From assembly GCA_038496445.1 (NCBI GenBank), contig JALMLS010000414.1:62001-126000 (forward strand): a DNA stretch of 64,000 nucleotides, read 5' to 3'. The notes beneath the pieces are model-generated. The model worked only from the letters and a program-made list of their open reading frames with translations. It had not been told where the DNA came from and did not search any database. Each line of letters begins with the position of its first letter. Position 1 is the first letter of the stretch. The stretch comes from Trichosphaerium sp. ATCC 40318. Lineage: Eukaryota > Protista > Tubulinea. Below, in pieces: positions 28,036 through 42,402 of the stretch. The translations under genes were made by a program, and so were the position numbers.

Positions 28036-29256
28036 ATGGCTGCAGTTCCTACCGAACAAACCGTTACTATCAAAGAAGGAGGCTTTATTATTACTATCAC
28101 TCACGACACAAATGAAGGTGTTGTTAGAATTAACGCTAAATCGCTGTTTTCAATGTTTCTCCTTGATATTACCGAAGACAGTACAGTAAAGACGATAACA
28201 AGTGGTAGAATGCAATCTAAAGCGCATCTAATACCGTTATTTAATTTTGCTGACAAAAAGGTACGAGCGACCAACTCTACAGAAAGCGTTTATGGAACAA
28301 ATCACGTGTTGTTGTGACGTTTACCTTCGTCTTGAATATCTTCTAATTGTTTGTCTAAACGATCAGGAGCACGGTTGCAGCATAGCTTTGAAACAAAAAG
28401 AGGATGAGATGACAATAATCATTTCAGAAAAAGATCACTTTGGCGTTGAAAGGAAGTTCCCTTTTGTTTTGAAGAAGGTAACTGGTGGGGAATTACAAAC
28501 TATGCAAAGTGTAGTACGTTTACCATACAACACTGTCGTGTTTATTTTATTCAAAAGGTGCTTGACCTTGTTGAGAGGGTAAAAAAGTTAGAAGTAGATC
28601 TAAAGGCACTTGCACCTAAGCCGTTGTGGAGTTTTGAAAGTACAAGCGACTTTCAAGTATCTAGTAACAAATGTGCTTTTGTAGCTATCCACAACTGTAC
28701 GGCTTTAGTACATTCTTTTAACACTCACAATAAATAGCATGGCACACGCTGCCTGCAAGCAAGGAATTGAGTACAGGCATTCACCACATGGAGTGCAGGT
28801 GCATCTGTCAAACATCAACTCTTTTTTTAAGTACAGTTTAGGATTGTTACCAGCACTGGTGGATGGTTAATGTTTGGAGTTGCCCCTGTACCTCCTGACT
28901 ACAATACGTATCTTGGATATCAAGGAAATAGAACAGGAAAGGCTTACTATTGCTTTGATGGTTCCTTGAGAGCAGATGATACCACAATTAAGGGCTTGCT
29001 TCCAACTTCGACCGAAGGTCTAGCTGTCCAAAAGTTGTTTTCAATTTTACTTATGTCGTATCTAACAGGTGATTGTGTTGGTGTTACATTGGACATGAAT
29101 AATAAAACCGTATGTTTTTCAAAGAATGGAGTAAAGTCTGAAACAAAACCACTTAATGGTGATGCATTTCATTTTGCGGTGTCTGCAGGTGGTCCGCCCC
29201 ATAGTGTTGAAATACTTACAAGGTATTGTTGGTCCAAACAACAGAATATACAGTAA
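28036..29256 (+). CDS. N-terminal head domain, coiled coil and SPRY/B30.2-like domain protein (paralog A)
   Basis: SPRY motifs GIHHMECRI, MFGV, GDCVGVTLDMNNKTVCFSKNG, FHFAVS. Coiled coil LVERVKKLE. Five introns shared with the paralog at 50090-51506. Confidence 0.8.
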
Positions 29257-29516
29257 TAAATATGTACAGTAAATGGACATGTTAGTCAACAATAGAATAA
29301 ACTATCTTCGTAATTTGGTAGCCATAAATACCTCATGTTAATCAGAAAAGAAACAGTCTGAAACAAGTTGTAAATATTTACAATAATGTTTTTATTGATA
29401 ATGCAAAGGGTTACAGTAAATGCTAGACAATAAGAGTTTGGGAGGTACAAAATAATAATAATTAAAAGAATTTTCAATTGGAACAGATAGAGAGTGACAC
29501 ACAGACGATGCTTTTT

Positions 29517-32500
29517 TTAAGTTTGACGGATTTCGTCTTGTATGTTTTGCTTTTTATCTTTTTTTAATTGAGAGCAATCCAAGAAACAATCCTTTTCTGG
29601 TATCATAACAAAGTAATGCCAAATTGCATCTCTAAATCTTTGCTTATACTGCTTTGCAGGTGTAACTGTTGGTCCTTTTTGCTTATTCTTAAGCTCAAGC
29701 CTCTTGAAATAAAACTCTAATTTCTTATCGAATGTAAACATTCTGATATAATCTAAACAACAACAAAAAAAGTAAGTACTCAAAAGAACAGAATAGAAAC
29801 AAAAACAAAAAAAAAATATGCGAAAAAAATAAGAAAGTTTTCATCTCAAAGTTTTAAGTCATGAGTAAGTGGGCCTGAGAAGGAAGCAAGATTTTGGTTC
29901 ATTCATAGAAAAACATTATTGAACTTTCAGATTTTAGAGTTTGTTCGTTCACTTGAAACTTGAGTAAAGATCAAGTGAGGTTAGACACAGTGCGTATTAC
30001 ATACCTATAATAGCAATAACAAGCTCGTTTTTTTCTTCATCAACACCAACAAGTAGAGAGTAGTCCATCACATTTAATGTTGATAAAAACGCAGTATCAT
30101 TACACATTGTCCAACCAAGAAGTGCTTTGTTTTCCATATCCAAGTAAAAAGGATTCGTGAACATAACTGTAAAAAATCAGTGAATGACTTGCAGTGGCTT
30201 GTCAAGCGAAAAAAAAACAATGTTTTTTGACGTACTCTCAAGTAAGTTTTGATCTAGTCGTACAACAGTATCTGAAGGATCAGCATCTTCTGTTGCTTCA
30301 ACATAACGGCCACGTAGTGATCCTTTCAAGTCAAAAACCTAAAACCAGAGTTAACCTCACAAACTGACTTCTAATTGGCGTACTCTTGAGATTTTTCTGT
30401 TGTAGAAAATGTTTTCCATTACGACTACGTGTGACTTGCTTGTTTTGCCTTTAACACCAATTGTATAAACGCCAACAATCTTTGTAAGTGCCGTAGGCAC
30501 TTGTCTGTAGTAAATATTCTCCAAGTAGCCAAAATACGCAGGCGCCATTGCCATAAAACAATTGAATTCAGTTGACTATTAAAAAAGTGAGAAATGGATG
30601 CGAACGTGTAGATGGGGAAACGCGTAGTGCAAATGAACAAATTATTCAAAAATTAAAGCGTTATACGCACTCCATTTAGACCATTATGACTAAGCTCCTT
30701 AAGAACAAAGCGGTCGTCTTTTGTTTTAGCGAATGATCCGCTTTTTCCTCCTTGAGCATCCCAAACATCGCTATTACCCAAACTAAGCAAGTAATCCTCT
30801 TCCTAGGCACAGTAAGTACACAAACGCAAGTTTGTAGATTCGACAGTTTGCGTAGTTAAGTCGTACAGTAATACTCATAAGTTCGCGTAGACGTTTAAAG
30901 TGAAAAGGGTACAAGCACCTAACAGAGTATATCTTACTATCAAAACACTCTGTAGGAACAAGCTCAACAGAAATAGACTTCTCTTCCTCCCACAAAAGAA
31001 CTTTTGCAGGTGGCTTGATTTCTTGCATTTTACTCTTGTAAGCAGCTGATTTAAGCGCACAGGCAATACTACGCATGCTGTGAGCGAGTAAAAGTGATTT
31101 GGTTGCACGTACTGTGTGCTATATTTCTTTGGGTGTAGGGCTACGTATTCGTTTCCTACTTGAACTAGCCTGCCATATACACTTACATCACCAAACATAT
31201 TAGTCCTAGAAGTTATAAATTAAAGCTTGAATCTTGAATCAAACAAAAACTCTAGAGCGTACTGTGCTTTAGCTCTTTCTTTTCTTGAACTCCTGAACTT
31301 TTGTTTCTTACTTTCAGACATTGAATCGTCATTATCCTAAAGAGATATCCTCATAAGTACGATGCACTTAGCATCTCTTAGGAATTAACTTACTGTTAAG
31401 GAGCTTGTTTTAGATTTTCTTGATGAAGAAGAGCTAGAGGATTCTATTCTGTTTAATTTTGTGAATGTTTGCTGATCTGATGCGCTACTACTTCCTTCAT
31501 CATCATCAGATGTCATAATTTTAGCAGAAGACGCCTAAGATAAATCCGAGAGTTAGAAGGAGTGTTACTTATGGGCAACAAAAACTAAGAAAAAACTGAG
31601 AAAATTCTTACCAAGGTGTTTGTATTGCTCTCTTCGTCCTGATCATTTGGTTGATCAATGTTTTCTTTTTGTGTTTCTTCATCCCCTGAATTAGGACTAC
31701 CAGCTGAGAAAGAATGATTGATTTTAGTAGGTGAGTCCAAAGAAGAAGATGTGAACTTAATCTTCGATTTGTTGTTAACATGTGCTGAGTATCTTATAGC
31801 TTTTGCACTGCTACTATTATTACTTTTAATAGAATCAGTCTTCAAACTATCAACATGAACAGTTTTACGCTTATCAGCGCTCTTACTCCTTCTATGAGTT
31901 CCACTCATTTCACCGTACTTAAAATCAAGTGTTCTTGTAGAACGACTCATTTTAGAAGCATCTAGATCAGCCTACGGTCAAAAAATCGTCAGAAAAACGG
32001 AAATAAAAAAGTCGCTTAGCGGTAATTTTTTTTTTTTTGATGCAAACCTTGTGCCACGCCTTTTGTATCTTGGTCTGAATGCGTACACAAATAGAAGCCC
32101 ACTTTTGCATATTCTCTACAAGATTATGTCGTATTGTACTAGAATCAAATACATTTGTAGATTCAGTATCTTTAAGCATAATATCGAGTTTATGCAATAG
32201 AGTTGTCTTCTCATTTTGCATATCTTCTATGTAGTCAGTCATCTGAATATTCTCAACGCCTCCTGCGGCTATATTCAATTGATTTATAGCTTCAAGCTTT
32301 TTTCCAACCATCGCGTAGAGCTAGTTTTTTTCGTCAGAACTTAAACAACGATTCTTTGAAATAAAAAAAAAAGATGTTAAGTTATTGTATTTCTAATAAA
32401 ACGTACAGAGGCTATCTCATCTTGTGTTGCATCTAAATCCTTTAAACGCAGCTCTTTGTGTTTATCAAGAGTGACTTTAATAGTTTTAGGGGGTGGTGAT

Positions 32501-35500
32501 ATGATCAAAGGCTTAATTTCTTCATAGTCCACTATAACAACCTACAAGATAAATTAAACGTTTTGAAGCATGTTTGATTTCGTTTAAGTGTACCAAGTCG
32601 TGATGTATAAAATAAAAGCACCAATCCCTGAATATACGATGCCCACAGGTATTATGACATGTTGTATCGTTATAGAAGTAATTCTTGAGGAATTTACCAA
32701 ACGAGTAGTCCCATGCGCCTACGTGTTACTTAGTCAAACACAGAAAGCTCTCAAAAAGTGTTTTATCTAGCTACATACCTTTTGAGAATACTTCTTTTGG
32801 TGGCTGATGCTTGCAAATCTTGCATTGGCCCCAAATAACAATACCATCCCTAGTCCCCCCTTTGGCTTTAATATCAGGGTTTGCTTGGATTCTACTCCAT
32901 TTTGAAACAGATACATTAACACGTCCGCGATTATGAAGGAAAGTACGTTCATGGTCAACCAAAGGTCTGAAAAAATACTAAGTTTCCAAAACACGTTGTG
33001 AACCAAAACAAAAAAAAATATCAAAGTGGATGATTAGATGAACGTACTCTTCGCAGTATTTACAGTTGTCTCGTTTATCAAAACAAAACTTTTCAAGAAA
33101 GTGACCTAATGGAATATCGTTCTAAGAATAAAATTAGTTTCTTTAGCTTCAAAAAGTGAAGATAAAAAAAGTTGTTAAGAGACAACATAAAAATACGACT
33201 TTTGTGAAAAATCGTAGAAAACCTGAATTTTCTTCAGTTGTGCAGTCGGCTGTTTTGTTGTTATTTATAAAAAATACGTACCGCAGAATAAAAATTAATG
33301 ACATGGTTTTCGTAAGGTATACAATGTGTCTCACTGTGAGCAGATGAATGAACATAAATAATACGTTCATTATCATAAGGTGATGTCTCAGAACAATGTT
33401 CATGTTCCCATGCTTTATCTTTACTATCCTTAAAGAACTCTTCATAACTAAACAAACCACATTAACACCAACAAAAGTTTTCTAAGTAAAAAGTTTCCAC
33501 GTGAACAATCATGTATCACGTGTATTTGCGCTAGATCTTACCTATAAGTGACACCCAATGAGTTATCACTACTATGCTCAACGTTGTTGCAAGACACAGT
33601 AAGGTTATTATGTTGAGCAACACGATGAATCATAGGACATAATCCAATCTGCTTCGCTAGACTCTTATCTTTAGTATTTTTTGGCGTTTTAGGTTCTACA
33701 TCTTCACTAACACCAAGATCTATATCGACCTCTTCTTGCGCTTTTTCTTCTAGAACAGGTTGTACAAATAATGAAGCTCCACCAAAATTATCAATAAGTG
33801 CTACTTCCTTGATGCCATCACGCATGCCATAACAAATAAACTACATGAATAAATCAGACTGCCAGAAAAAAAAAACACGAAGAAATACCTGAATAACACG
33901 CTTCACACGAACAAGATCTTCTGATGAGGCACCACGTACAACAAGTGTACAAAAAGGTTGTTTGGGTTTACTATGAAAGAACATACAAGTTTTCCTCATT
34001 AGACTGTCACCTGACTGCCAAGAGTATGACCTTACATCATAGTTACCCAAAACTCCAACTTTTGCAGCAATGAGGTACTCTACAGCAAAGGTGAGTATCT
34101 AAAACGGCTTGATTTTTTTGTATGTAACTTACCTGTTGAAGGTAGTATACTTGTACCAGCTATACGACTGATAGCACGCATTTGATTCAACTTGACATTT
34201 ATACAAAGTGTCACTCCTGCTTCCAACAAGTATTCCTGTTTCGGCAAGTCAATAAAAAAACTCGAAAGCTGAGCGTGCGTACCTGAGCAAGTCTGGAAAC
34301 TGATTTCTCGACCAATAGTATATCCGGGTCAAGTTGAACTATTCTATTTACAACATTTTGAAGCTTAAGACGCTCTTCATTTTGTAGAGTGTCAAAAGAC
34401 GTCAAATTGGATGATCGTTCAAACTCGAGTGATCCACCTAAAAAAGATGAGCTCCAAAAACGTAAATGAAAGCGTATTATGAATTCCTTGACATGAGAGC
34501 TATTAAAAACATAAAGGAGGATTAAAACATGACTTACCAAGGAGCAGAATTTTAGGATTTTTTATGTTTTGTCTCATTTTTTTATGTGTTCTATTTCCCG
34601 AAAAAACATAACCGTCTATGTATTCACAGTCTTTTATATCTCCTCCAGGAATAACCTTAACTTTAACAAGCTTTCTTATATCCATAGGATCATTATTCGA
34701 ATGAATAGGGTTAACCTTATCGCACACCAAAGTCGACAAAGAAAGTATGATATCTAAGAAAAAAATAAGAAAGAACTTATAACAAAGATCTTCAAACCTT
34801 TCCACAAAGATGAGTCAAGTTGCTCATACTCCAGTAACTTTTCTAGTTTTTCTTCAATATTGGTTAAAGCCATATCACGGAGTTGTTGAAGGCATAGGTG
34901 AGGTTCTGGAGTTACAACTATTTCTTTCTTTGCAATTGTTGGTGTTTGTCCAGGAGGTGCAAAAATCGAAGATATTGTATCTGAAGATAAAACAACTAAA
35001 AATAGAAAACAATTAGTGAATACGTTTACACCTCCAAAAAATCACGTGCCTCGTTGTGTTTTTTCTTCAGGAAACACTGTCTTATTATACTCCGGATTAT
35101 CCTCAAGACTCTGAGATTCTTCTTGTGGGTCGTTTTTACGAGGAGAAATGGGAGAAAAGGATAACGATCGTTTTCGCCTACATAAAAAATCAAAAAAAAC
35201 GGTTAACAAGGGTTTCTGACGATCAAAAGGGTGTATGTTTTTCGAAAAAAGTACCTCGTAATAAATAAACTAAATAAAAATACCAAAGTAATTAAATTAT
35301 TCTTCTTGACACACGTGGAGCCAAAGAAACAGACTAATTTTTTCACAAACGTTTTCAAAAAAACCAAACGCTTTGTTTCCATTTTGCTTCTTACTTGTAT
35401 GTTCTGAATTTAAATGCTGGATCCCATGCCTCCTCTTCTTCATCATAAAGGTCACTTTCTTCTGTTTCGCTTAGTAAGAATGAATCTTGTGAAGAGTCTT

Positions 35501-36967
35501 CATTAGGATCTGTGTTCAAGTTTTTGTTTTCTGGTGGCAACAAAATAGGTGGTAGCGATATTGGCTGATAAGATTTGGAAACAAGCATCTCTAAATAGTA
35601 TCATTAGCACACTTTCTATGCAATGTATAAAACTCCGAACGCGCTTCTGGTAGGCGCTAAAAGTGCAATAACAAAACGAACCTTCTTGATCTAAAGACTT
35701 TGTTCTTTTCATCGTTCCTTTGGCTTTAAGCTCTGGAGATTCATCATGCGTAATTCTACATATGTATTGTTATGAATTCCAGTAAGCAATAAATATAAAT
35801 CTTCAAAAACCAATAAAGAGTGTCTGTACGAACCTATAAGGAATGGCATTTTGAGCATGAGCAGCAGGTGGTTTAGGCGGACTATCACGCAATGCACTAC
35901 CCACAAGTAACCCATTACAACGACCGCATACGCGCATATCTCCTTTAAAACCAAAGCTCTCCCCAGGTAAGAAATGTTGGGAACACCTGACACACGTCAA
36001 CGAAGAAACTAAATCCAATAGAAAAATGTCTTGCTTTTTTTGAATAATTTTATCCAAAAAAAAAATAAGAAATCCTTGAATCCGTTTTTGCTCACCTGTT
36101 ACAAAATATAAAGCCACAATAACGACCTAAAATGGTATATTAGAATTAAATACACCTTGTAGTTTGTTTAACAGAAACGTACAATGGTGTTTGCGCGTGT
36201 AAATTGTGAATGGCGTTCTACACTCGTAGCAGTGCGTTACTGTTTCGTCAGCCATCCAATATAGCGTTACAGTATGTTTTGGCGCTCTATAAGTAAATCA
36301 ATAACGTAAAATTTTGAGAAGATGTATGTTAATCTAAAAAGTCGATAAAACGCGTTAGTTTCGCGTGGAAGCGCGTTTGCGATATTTAATTCAAGTTTTA
36401 GCAATTCTGATCGTTTGTTTGCTGATTTCAAAAACAGTCATCGAGCCTCTATAGCGTGATGTGATAGAGCGATTAAAGAATATGCGTTATGCATTGGTGT
36501 TAATGCGTACGCTGGAAGCCCAAACGACTGAACTGATGACGCTGAGTTACTTTTACGCATAGGACTCGGTTTAACGAAGCTGCTTGATCGCGTTACCGCA
36601 TTTTTTGACGCCTGAGTGTCACCGGTTGGTCTAGCGAGTGAAGGATCATTTAACCGCCTTGGTGGTAGTGTTGGTGACGAGTTTGCGTTTTGAGAACTTG
36701 AACGCGAACCAAACCATCCCCAGATCCTATTGACGCCGTGAGACAGCTTCTCTTAAGAAGTAGAGTAAAAAAGTTACATAATTATTTTCACGTTTGGTTT
36801 TTTTTTCTCCACAACCTCCTATGAGCAACGTACTTGTCTATTATGCCATCTTTTCGCTCATCTTGAGCTACAGGCTTGAAAGATGTAAACGAAGACAAGT
36901 TCTCCGGTTCTTTCGACCTAGCGGTGGTAGTGGGCCCTTTGATTGTATTGGAATTTCCCTCCGACAT
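29517..36967 (-). CDS. PIKFYVE: 1-phosphatidylinositol-3-phosphate 5-kinase PIKfyve/Fab1 (about 30 introns)
   Basis: FYVE (YWMAD...CYEC...RKHHCRYCG), TCP-1-like domain (VKVKVIPGG...HKKM...KNPKILL), PIP5K domain (WDAQGGKSG, FDLKGSLRGR, DYSLLVG, DYIRMFTFDKKLE, YKQRFRDAI). The first splice junction did not phase cleanly by hand, so the start is tentative. Confidence 0.95.
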
Positions 36968-37298
36968 TTTATGGTGACATAACGCGTCGATTACACCGAA
37001 AGCGTATCTTACAGGTTAAGGAAATGCGTAAATGCTGTGAAGTCTGCAATTTAACTGTTTTAGTCCAAAGCGAAAAGATTTAGTCGCCAAATTCTCGCTT
37101 AACGGTAAATATTGTCGCGTTGCCAAAGGCGTGTTTACAGCGCTCAATTAAAGCAGCAACGAACTGGGTTAGTTCTTTCAACCCGAGTACAATATCTGAG
37201 ACTTGTTCTGTACAAACTCGAAAAAAAAAGAAAAGAACTTATCAACAAACACAGCAAGAGCATTGTTTCTAACACTGCGTACTTGGCTTGCTATCTCG

Positions 37299-37586
37299 AT
37301 GATTAACATTGATATCAATGCTATCATTCCCAAAGTCCGTTTATGGTTATGGGCCTTATTGGAATTCATCAGAATGAAAGATAGGTCTTGGCATTTCATT
37401 CTACTGGCACAAGAAGCAACGTTCTTTATTCTAGAGAATGCGAACTCAACACAACTGTTATTTTCACCAGAAGGAACAGACACAATCTTCAACCTTGATT
37501 CTGGTCGTGGACCAGATGAAAGAACTACAACTGTGATACAACAACGACAAAGTAAGGATGGTAATGTTTTCATTGTTATTCATTAA
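37299..37586 (+). CDS. Hypothetical small protein, divergent from PIKfyve
   Basis: 95-codon ATG-initiated ORF with coding-like composition; no recognisable domain. Confidence 0.3.
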   Translation: MINIDINAIIPKVRLWLWALLEFIRMKDRSWHFILLAQEATFFILENANSTQLLFSPEGTDTIFNLDSGRGPDERTTTVIQQRQSKDGNVFIVIH

Positions 37587-39743
37587 GTGTTACAGACCAT
37601 ACACTAAACGTTGGTTTGCCACTATCTTTCTCTTTTTTTTCTTCATTTAACAGTTTGGGTTAACTTGCCCAAAAACTGAACCATTACCAACGCCTATAAT
37701 GAGTAAATTTGTACCTGATACTTTATATTTTTTAAGCACACTGTTCTTTGTCGTTCTCATTATAGGTAGCGTTCTAGTAGCATTTACAGATAAAGGACAA
37801 GTGAACGTATGTTACTAGTTTTTCTTTCTTTCTTCATCTTTTTTTTGATTACGTGTACTACAGCTCCCTACATTTATCAAAAACATCTCAATAGAACGTG
37901 ATATTTTATTCAATTTATGTTTACTAGCCCCTTTGAGGTACACAAAAAGTGAAAATTCTAAAACAACAAATAGGTGAAGCTGCAGAAGAAATAGTAAAAC
38001 ATCTGATATAACCGCTTCGAATGAAGGTCAAGCTGTTGTTGCTGTTGTGGTTCTTGTTGTTTAAGAGGAGGTTCTAAATCCTCGAATGGACTCATATTAT
38101 ATTCACTATCGTGGAGTACCTCCACAGGAAGACTTGGTGGATCTTCTAATGTCACAAAAGTCCTTGGATTAAAATCTGCTTCAAGCTCAGACAAAAATCA
38201 TCCAAAGAATCACGAGCAGCTAGCGAGGTGTGATAAGTATTAAATAGATAATCAAGATTTTTTCCACTTTTTCATCAAAACTTAATTGTTCTCTTTTCTT
38301 GTTATTGGCATTTACAAGTCAAGCAATAACACTAGCTACCTGAATGAGGTAAAACCTTACATGACACGTTACCTCAACCTAACCCACTGTGTTTTATTGT
38401 CTTCAGTTCTAAGCCCAGCACTAAGACGTCTAAAGAGACACAATGATTTTAATCAAAGCTGTTCAAAGGCCGTACGCAGGTATTTAGTGTTGATCCAAGT
38501 ATCGTTTATAGTGTGAAGATTATTCGGTTAATGCTCCGAGTATTAACGGGTTATGTCCAAGATATAGTGCTATGGCGCATCTTACAGCTTAGTACACGAA
38601 CAAGTTAGTTTTATAGCCTTTTTTGTAATCTACGTAATCTTACGTATTCTCACGTGTTTTTTAGTCTCTAAAAATATCGTTTCTGACCGGCAAAAGTGAA
38701 GGTGTAACATCGCTATGATGTCAATGTGTCAGAAGCTCAAATAGAACTCTTTTGGAAGAAATTGTTTCGTGTGCTTAGTGACTTTTGTGATTCGAGACAA
38801 ACAGTGAAAGTGCGAGCGGTTGGTGTAAGATAAGCCGTGGTACACCGTGTAATTTGTAAACGGTGACTGAGATATTCGCATAGCGGGCGACAACAAGGTG
38901 CTGCAGCACAAACCAACACGGTTCAAGTCTTTACTAAGTTGTTTAGTATTTTATGCCAAGTACTTTGAAGAAGGTTGTTGCGAGCTCATCTTTGGTATTA
39001 GTTTCACGGTTATTGGATTCTTATTATGCTATCAAGAAAAGATATAGTTCAACGATTGTAGTTGCTTATTGCGCTATCATTCTTGGGTCGTTTTCAATGG
39101 TAAATCAAACTTTTTTTTGTCGACCTTTCACGTGGCTATTTTTCTTAACCTAATGGTTTGGTCTGATATTCTTGGGATGGACTGAGGTTTATTACTTTTG
39201 CTGTCGTTCTTTTACACAACTTGCTTTGAATTGTACTCGTAAACTGTAGAATACACCATTTGAAGAAACTGCTTTTTTTTTTGATATGGGCAGTTTGTTT
39301 ACTTTCGCACTTAGCATTTATACCAGCAACTTACAAACTCACACAATACTACTTCATTTTGAGGTCTAGCGACTTCACTCAAAGTAATACCTAGGTTGTA
39401 CTTTACCCCAAGTCACGGCCTAGCGGTTCAATGTCATTATTTGTCTCGTACTGATCATTTGTTTTTGGGTAACAAAACGACGACTTGTTATTCTATCAGC
39501 AAGCCAGGTGTTGTATCCGTCTCGATTATTGCTCCTCTGGTACAAGTAATAGCCTGTTTAAAGAGGTATCAAGGTACGCTTTATAGTTGTGCAGTTCGAC
39601 AATAATTGCTGGCGATAGTTCGATCAATACTTAACATAACTTTGTGTCAGCCACAACTAGAATATACCTACATTCCATGATGGATACCTGTACTTAGTTT
39701 TATGCTCCTATTCAATGTTTGTCATACTAAGTAACCTATTTAT

Positions 39744-39959
39744 TTAATGTAGGTACATGAGAGTACCGCCAGTCGATGCTACTTTTTCAAAAGCGTATCT
39801 GTCATGAAATAATGGAAAGTCTGGCTTTTTATCGAATGTCCATAACAGCTCAGGCACACGTGCTTGTAGAGCTTTATTTTCTCGGAAAGGTTGCTCATCT
39901 TTAGGAAATATTAAGCGTTGCTTCGAAATTGTGAAAAGGACATACTTCACTTTGAACAT
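39744..39959 (-). CDS. Exon of an unresolved hypothetical gene (locus about 37.9-40.1 kb)
   Basis: Open protein-like frame flanked by plausible splice sites. A second such exon lies at 37958-38220. I could not join them confidently. Confidence 0.3.
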   Translation of the reverse strand: MFKVKYVLFTISKQRLIFPKDEQPFRENKALQARVPELLWTFDKKPDFPLFHDRYAFEKVASTGGTLMYLH

Positions 39960-40188
39960 TTGTGCTTCCCAACTGTTAACTTCTTCAACAGATACATACT
40001 CTTACAGATACAGCAGGCTATATCACTATATGACGTTAACTCTCGCCAGTATTATTGACATATAATCGTGACTCAAGTTGGTTGCTATGTAAATTAGAGA
40101 GTTCCCTTTTGTGTTACATATTGTCATTAACATTTTTTTATTTATTGACTGGCCTGACAAGGTAGTTCAGTAGAAACGGATGCTCTGT

Positions 40189-41088
40189 TTATTCACTAAC
40201 TACTCTAAATACACGAGCAGTAACAATGAATTCTCCTGCTTTGAACTGCTTACAATAGTTATGTTGAAGTGGTATCCAACATGATCCACATTTAAATGTT
40301 CGAGTACTTGACTCCACCTTTGAAGTATCTAAACCTAAATGGTTCTTGAACTAAACAACAATGAAGTGAGTTATTTTTAATACGTTTTATGACGTACACT
40401 CTTGAAACAACCAGAATTTTTTATATCTCCATTCGGTCCTACTTGAATAGAAACCATGTAATTGTGTTGAATGTTATAAGGTTTAAAACACTCGAATTTA
40501 ATAAGCCATGAATTCCCGTTGTTTTGATCTTCGTGTATACGCTTAATGGTGGTTTCAAGCGAAGTAACACGTGAAGATAGCATTGCTATTTGTTTATCTT
40601 TGCTAACAGGTATCTTAGTTAAAGATATAGTGAATGACTCTGTTCCTAACACGTGCTGCAAACTACACTTTAATAACAAAGTAGCTTCCTAAAAGCCACG
40701 GCCAGTAAGCTTCAATTTAACTCTACAATCAATTACCTGTCGTTGAAGACTAAGCGTCACCACCTTAACTGAGGTATCAGCAGCCTTTTCAAGAAATTTA
40801 CAAAGTTTTTCTCCACTTCTAAAGTCGTTCAATTAACAAAGGATAGACAAGCATGAAGCCATTGTACTTGATAACGTGATTTGTCTCAGCTAGCAATTCT
40901 GTCTGCGTGAGTGCTCGTTTAAACTGTTCAAACTTGCTTGTAGTAAAAATTAGTGTTAGCTGAGCGTCTTGTTTAACGTACCTTTCATTAGTAGCTAGTA
41001 TAGTTATTTTATTGTTAACATCAACTACAGATATTTCAAAAGGCTTAAAAATGCAAGTAAAAGCAACTACAAGTTGTTGTTCTGTCAT
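40189..41088 (-). CDS. Head-domain and coiled-coil protein with an unknown C-terminal domain (5 exons)
   Basis: Spliced MTEQQLVVAF...FEISVVDVNNKITILATNESKFEQFKRALT...ESFTISLTKIPVSKDKQIAMLSSRVTSLE...RVVSE*. Same overall layout as the N-half of the SPRY paralogs. Confidence 0.65.
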
Positions 41089-41207
41089 AACTTATTTTGC
41101 TTTTGTTGGTAACGAGATAAGTCTTTCCTATTCAAGTCACGTGCGCCAATCTGCACAATAGAAAAAAGACACAGCTGTCACGGGATTTTTCACCTATCAG
41201 GAAAAAC

Positions 41208-41884
41208 ATGTGCGAACGGGCGTATTTCTCTGTGGTCGATACAATTGAGCAGCTACAGACATTGTTTATCAGTTTCAAGAGAAAAACGTTTACAGCGCAG
41301 ATACCAACGCGTGGAACCTTACTTCAACTAAAACAGGTTGTATACGCAGAGACAGGTGTCAAACCTAGCTTACAACATTATCCTACGCCTAAATTTTCTG
41401 AATACAAAGACGTACGCCATTCACTAATACTCCAAACCACTCCAAACACCTCTTCAAAATAAACTAGAACTTGTCTTGCAGCTGACTGACTCCTTCCTAG
41501 GATGTAGTGCTTCAGTATGAACAACTTGGCTTATACAGTGAGTGTACAGTGCAGTTAATCGCGGATAGGACTTGTGTTTCTAAAGTGCTGGAAGGGATAA
41601 TGTACTGAACGTAATAACAATAACTTTTGACTAACGAGAAACAACATAGGTCTGAGCCTGATGGAAAAGTAAGAACTGCGTTATTGTATAATGTATTAGA
41701 GACTATTCAACCGTATTCAGATGAAGCGAATGATATTCACATAAGGCAAAATATTGCATACGAGACTGGTGAGAACATAGACAGGAATATTTTCTATTCG
41801 CGGAACGACAACCCTAATCCGAAACAAACAATTTTTGCTATTTATATATACACCAACGATCCAACATGTATCCAAAGCGAGTAA
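41208..41884 (+). CDS. Ubiquitin-like domain protein
   Basis: TLLQLKQVVYAETGVKPSLQ...YEQLGLYSECTVQLI fits a ubiquitin-fold pattern. GT-AG introns. 3' end uncertain. Confidence 0.55.
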
Positions 41885-42402
41885 GTCATAACCTTAGGAC
41901 TTACATATAACCACAAGCATGAGAATGTGTTGCCACCAAACAATGTTCTAGTCTCCCATCGGCGATGTCTGTACACTAGGTATTGCTCTATAAAAAAAAG
42001 CTTAAAGGGAGGATTTTTAGGCGAAAGAATTATTCACGTGGTTTACTAGAATTCACATGAATTCATGTCACAAAAGGGATTTTAGACAATTTGATGAATT
42101 CATGCGGCAACATATGTTCAGAGATCAAAACCTGCAAACCAACCAAGTCACGCCTGTGAGATTACAAAAAATGCGCTTGCATAAGCCAATAATTAGTTTT
42201 CACTCTAAGCGAGAGTTGTCCAAACTAGCTTAGCTTAATGTTTTTGCCGTACAACCAAGTGGCGACCTTGGTACCCAGTGTACAGACACCGCCTATAGGA
42301 GACTAGAACATTTTGGTGGACACATTCTCAGTTGTGCAGTCATGTGATAAACTAATGCAAATGCATAGAAAAGTACTATGTTCCCAAGACGTTAAATACA
42401 AC

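Noticed and set aside
36745-36835. Possible non-AG acceptor in PIKfyve intron 1
   Set aside because: An alternative GT donor 4 nt away, or a 1-nt assembly error, explains the phase; it cannot be resolved here.
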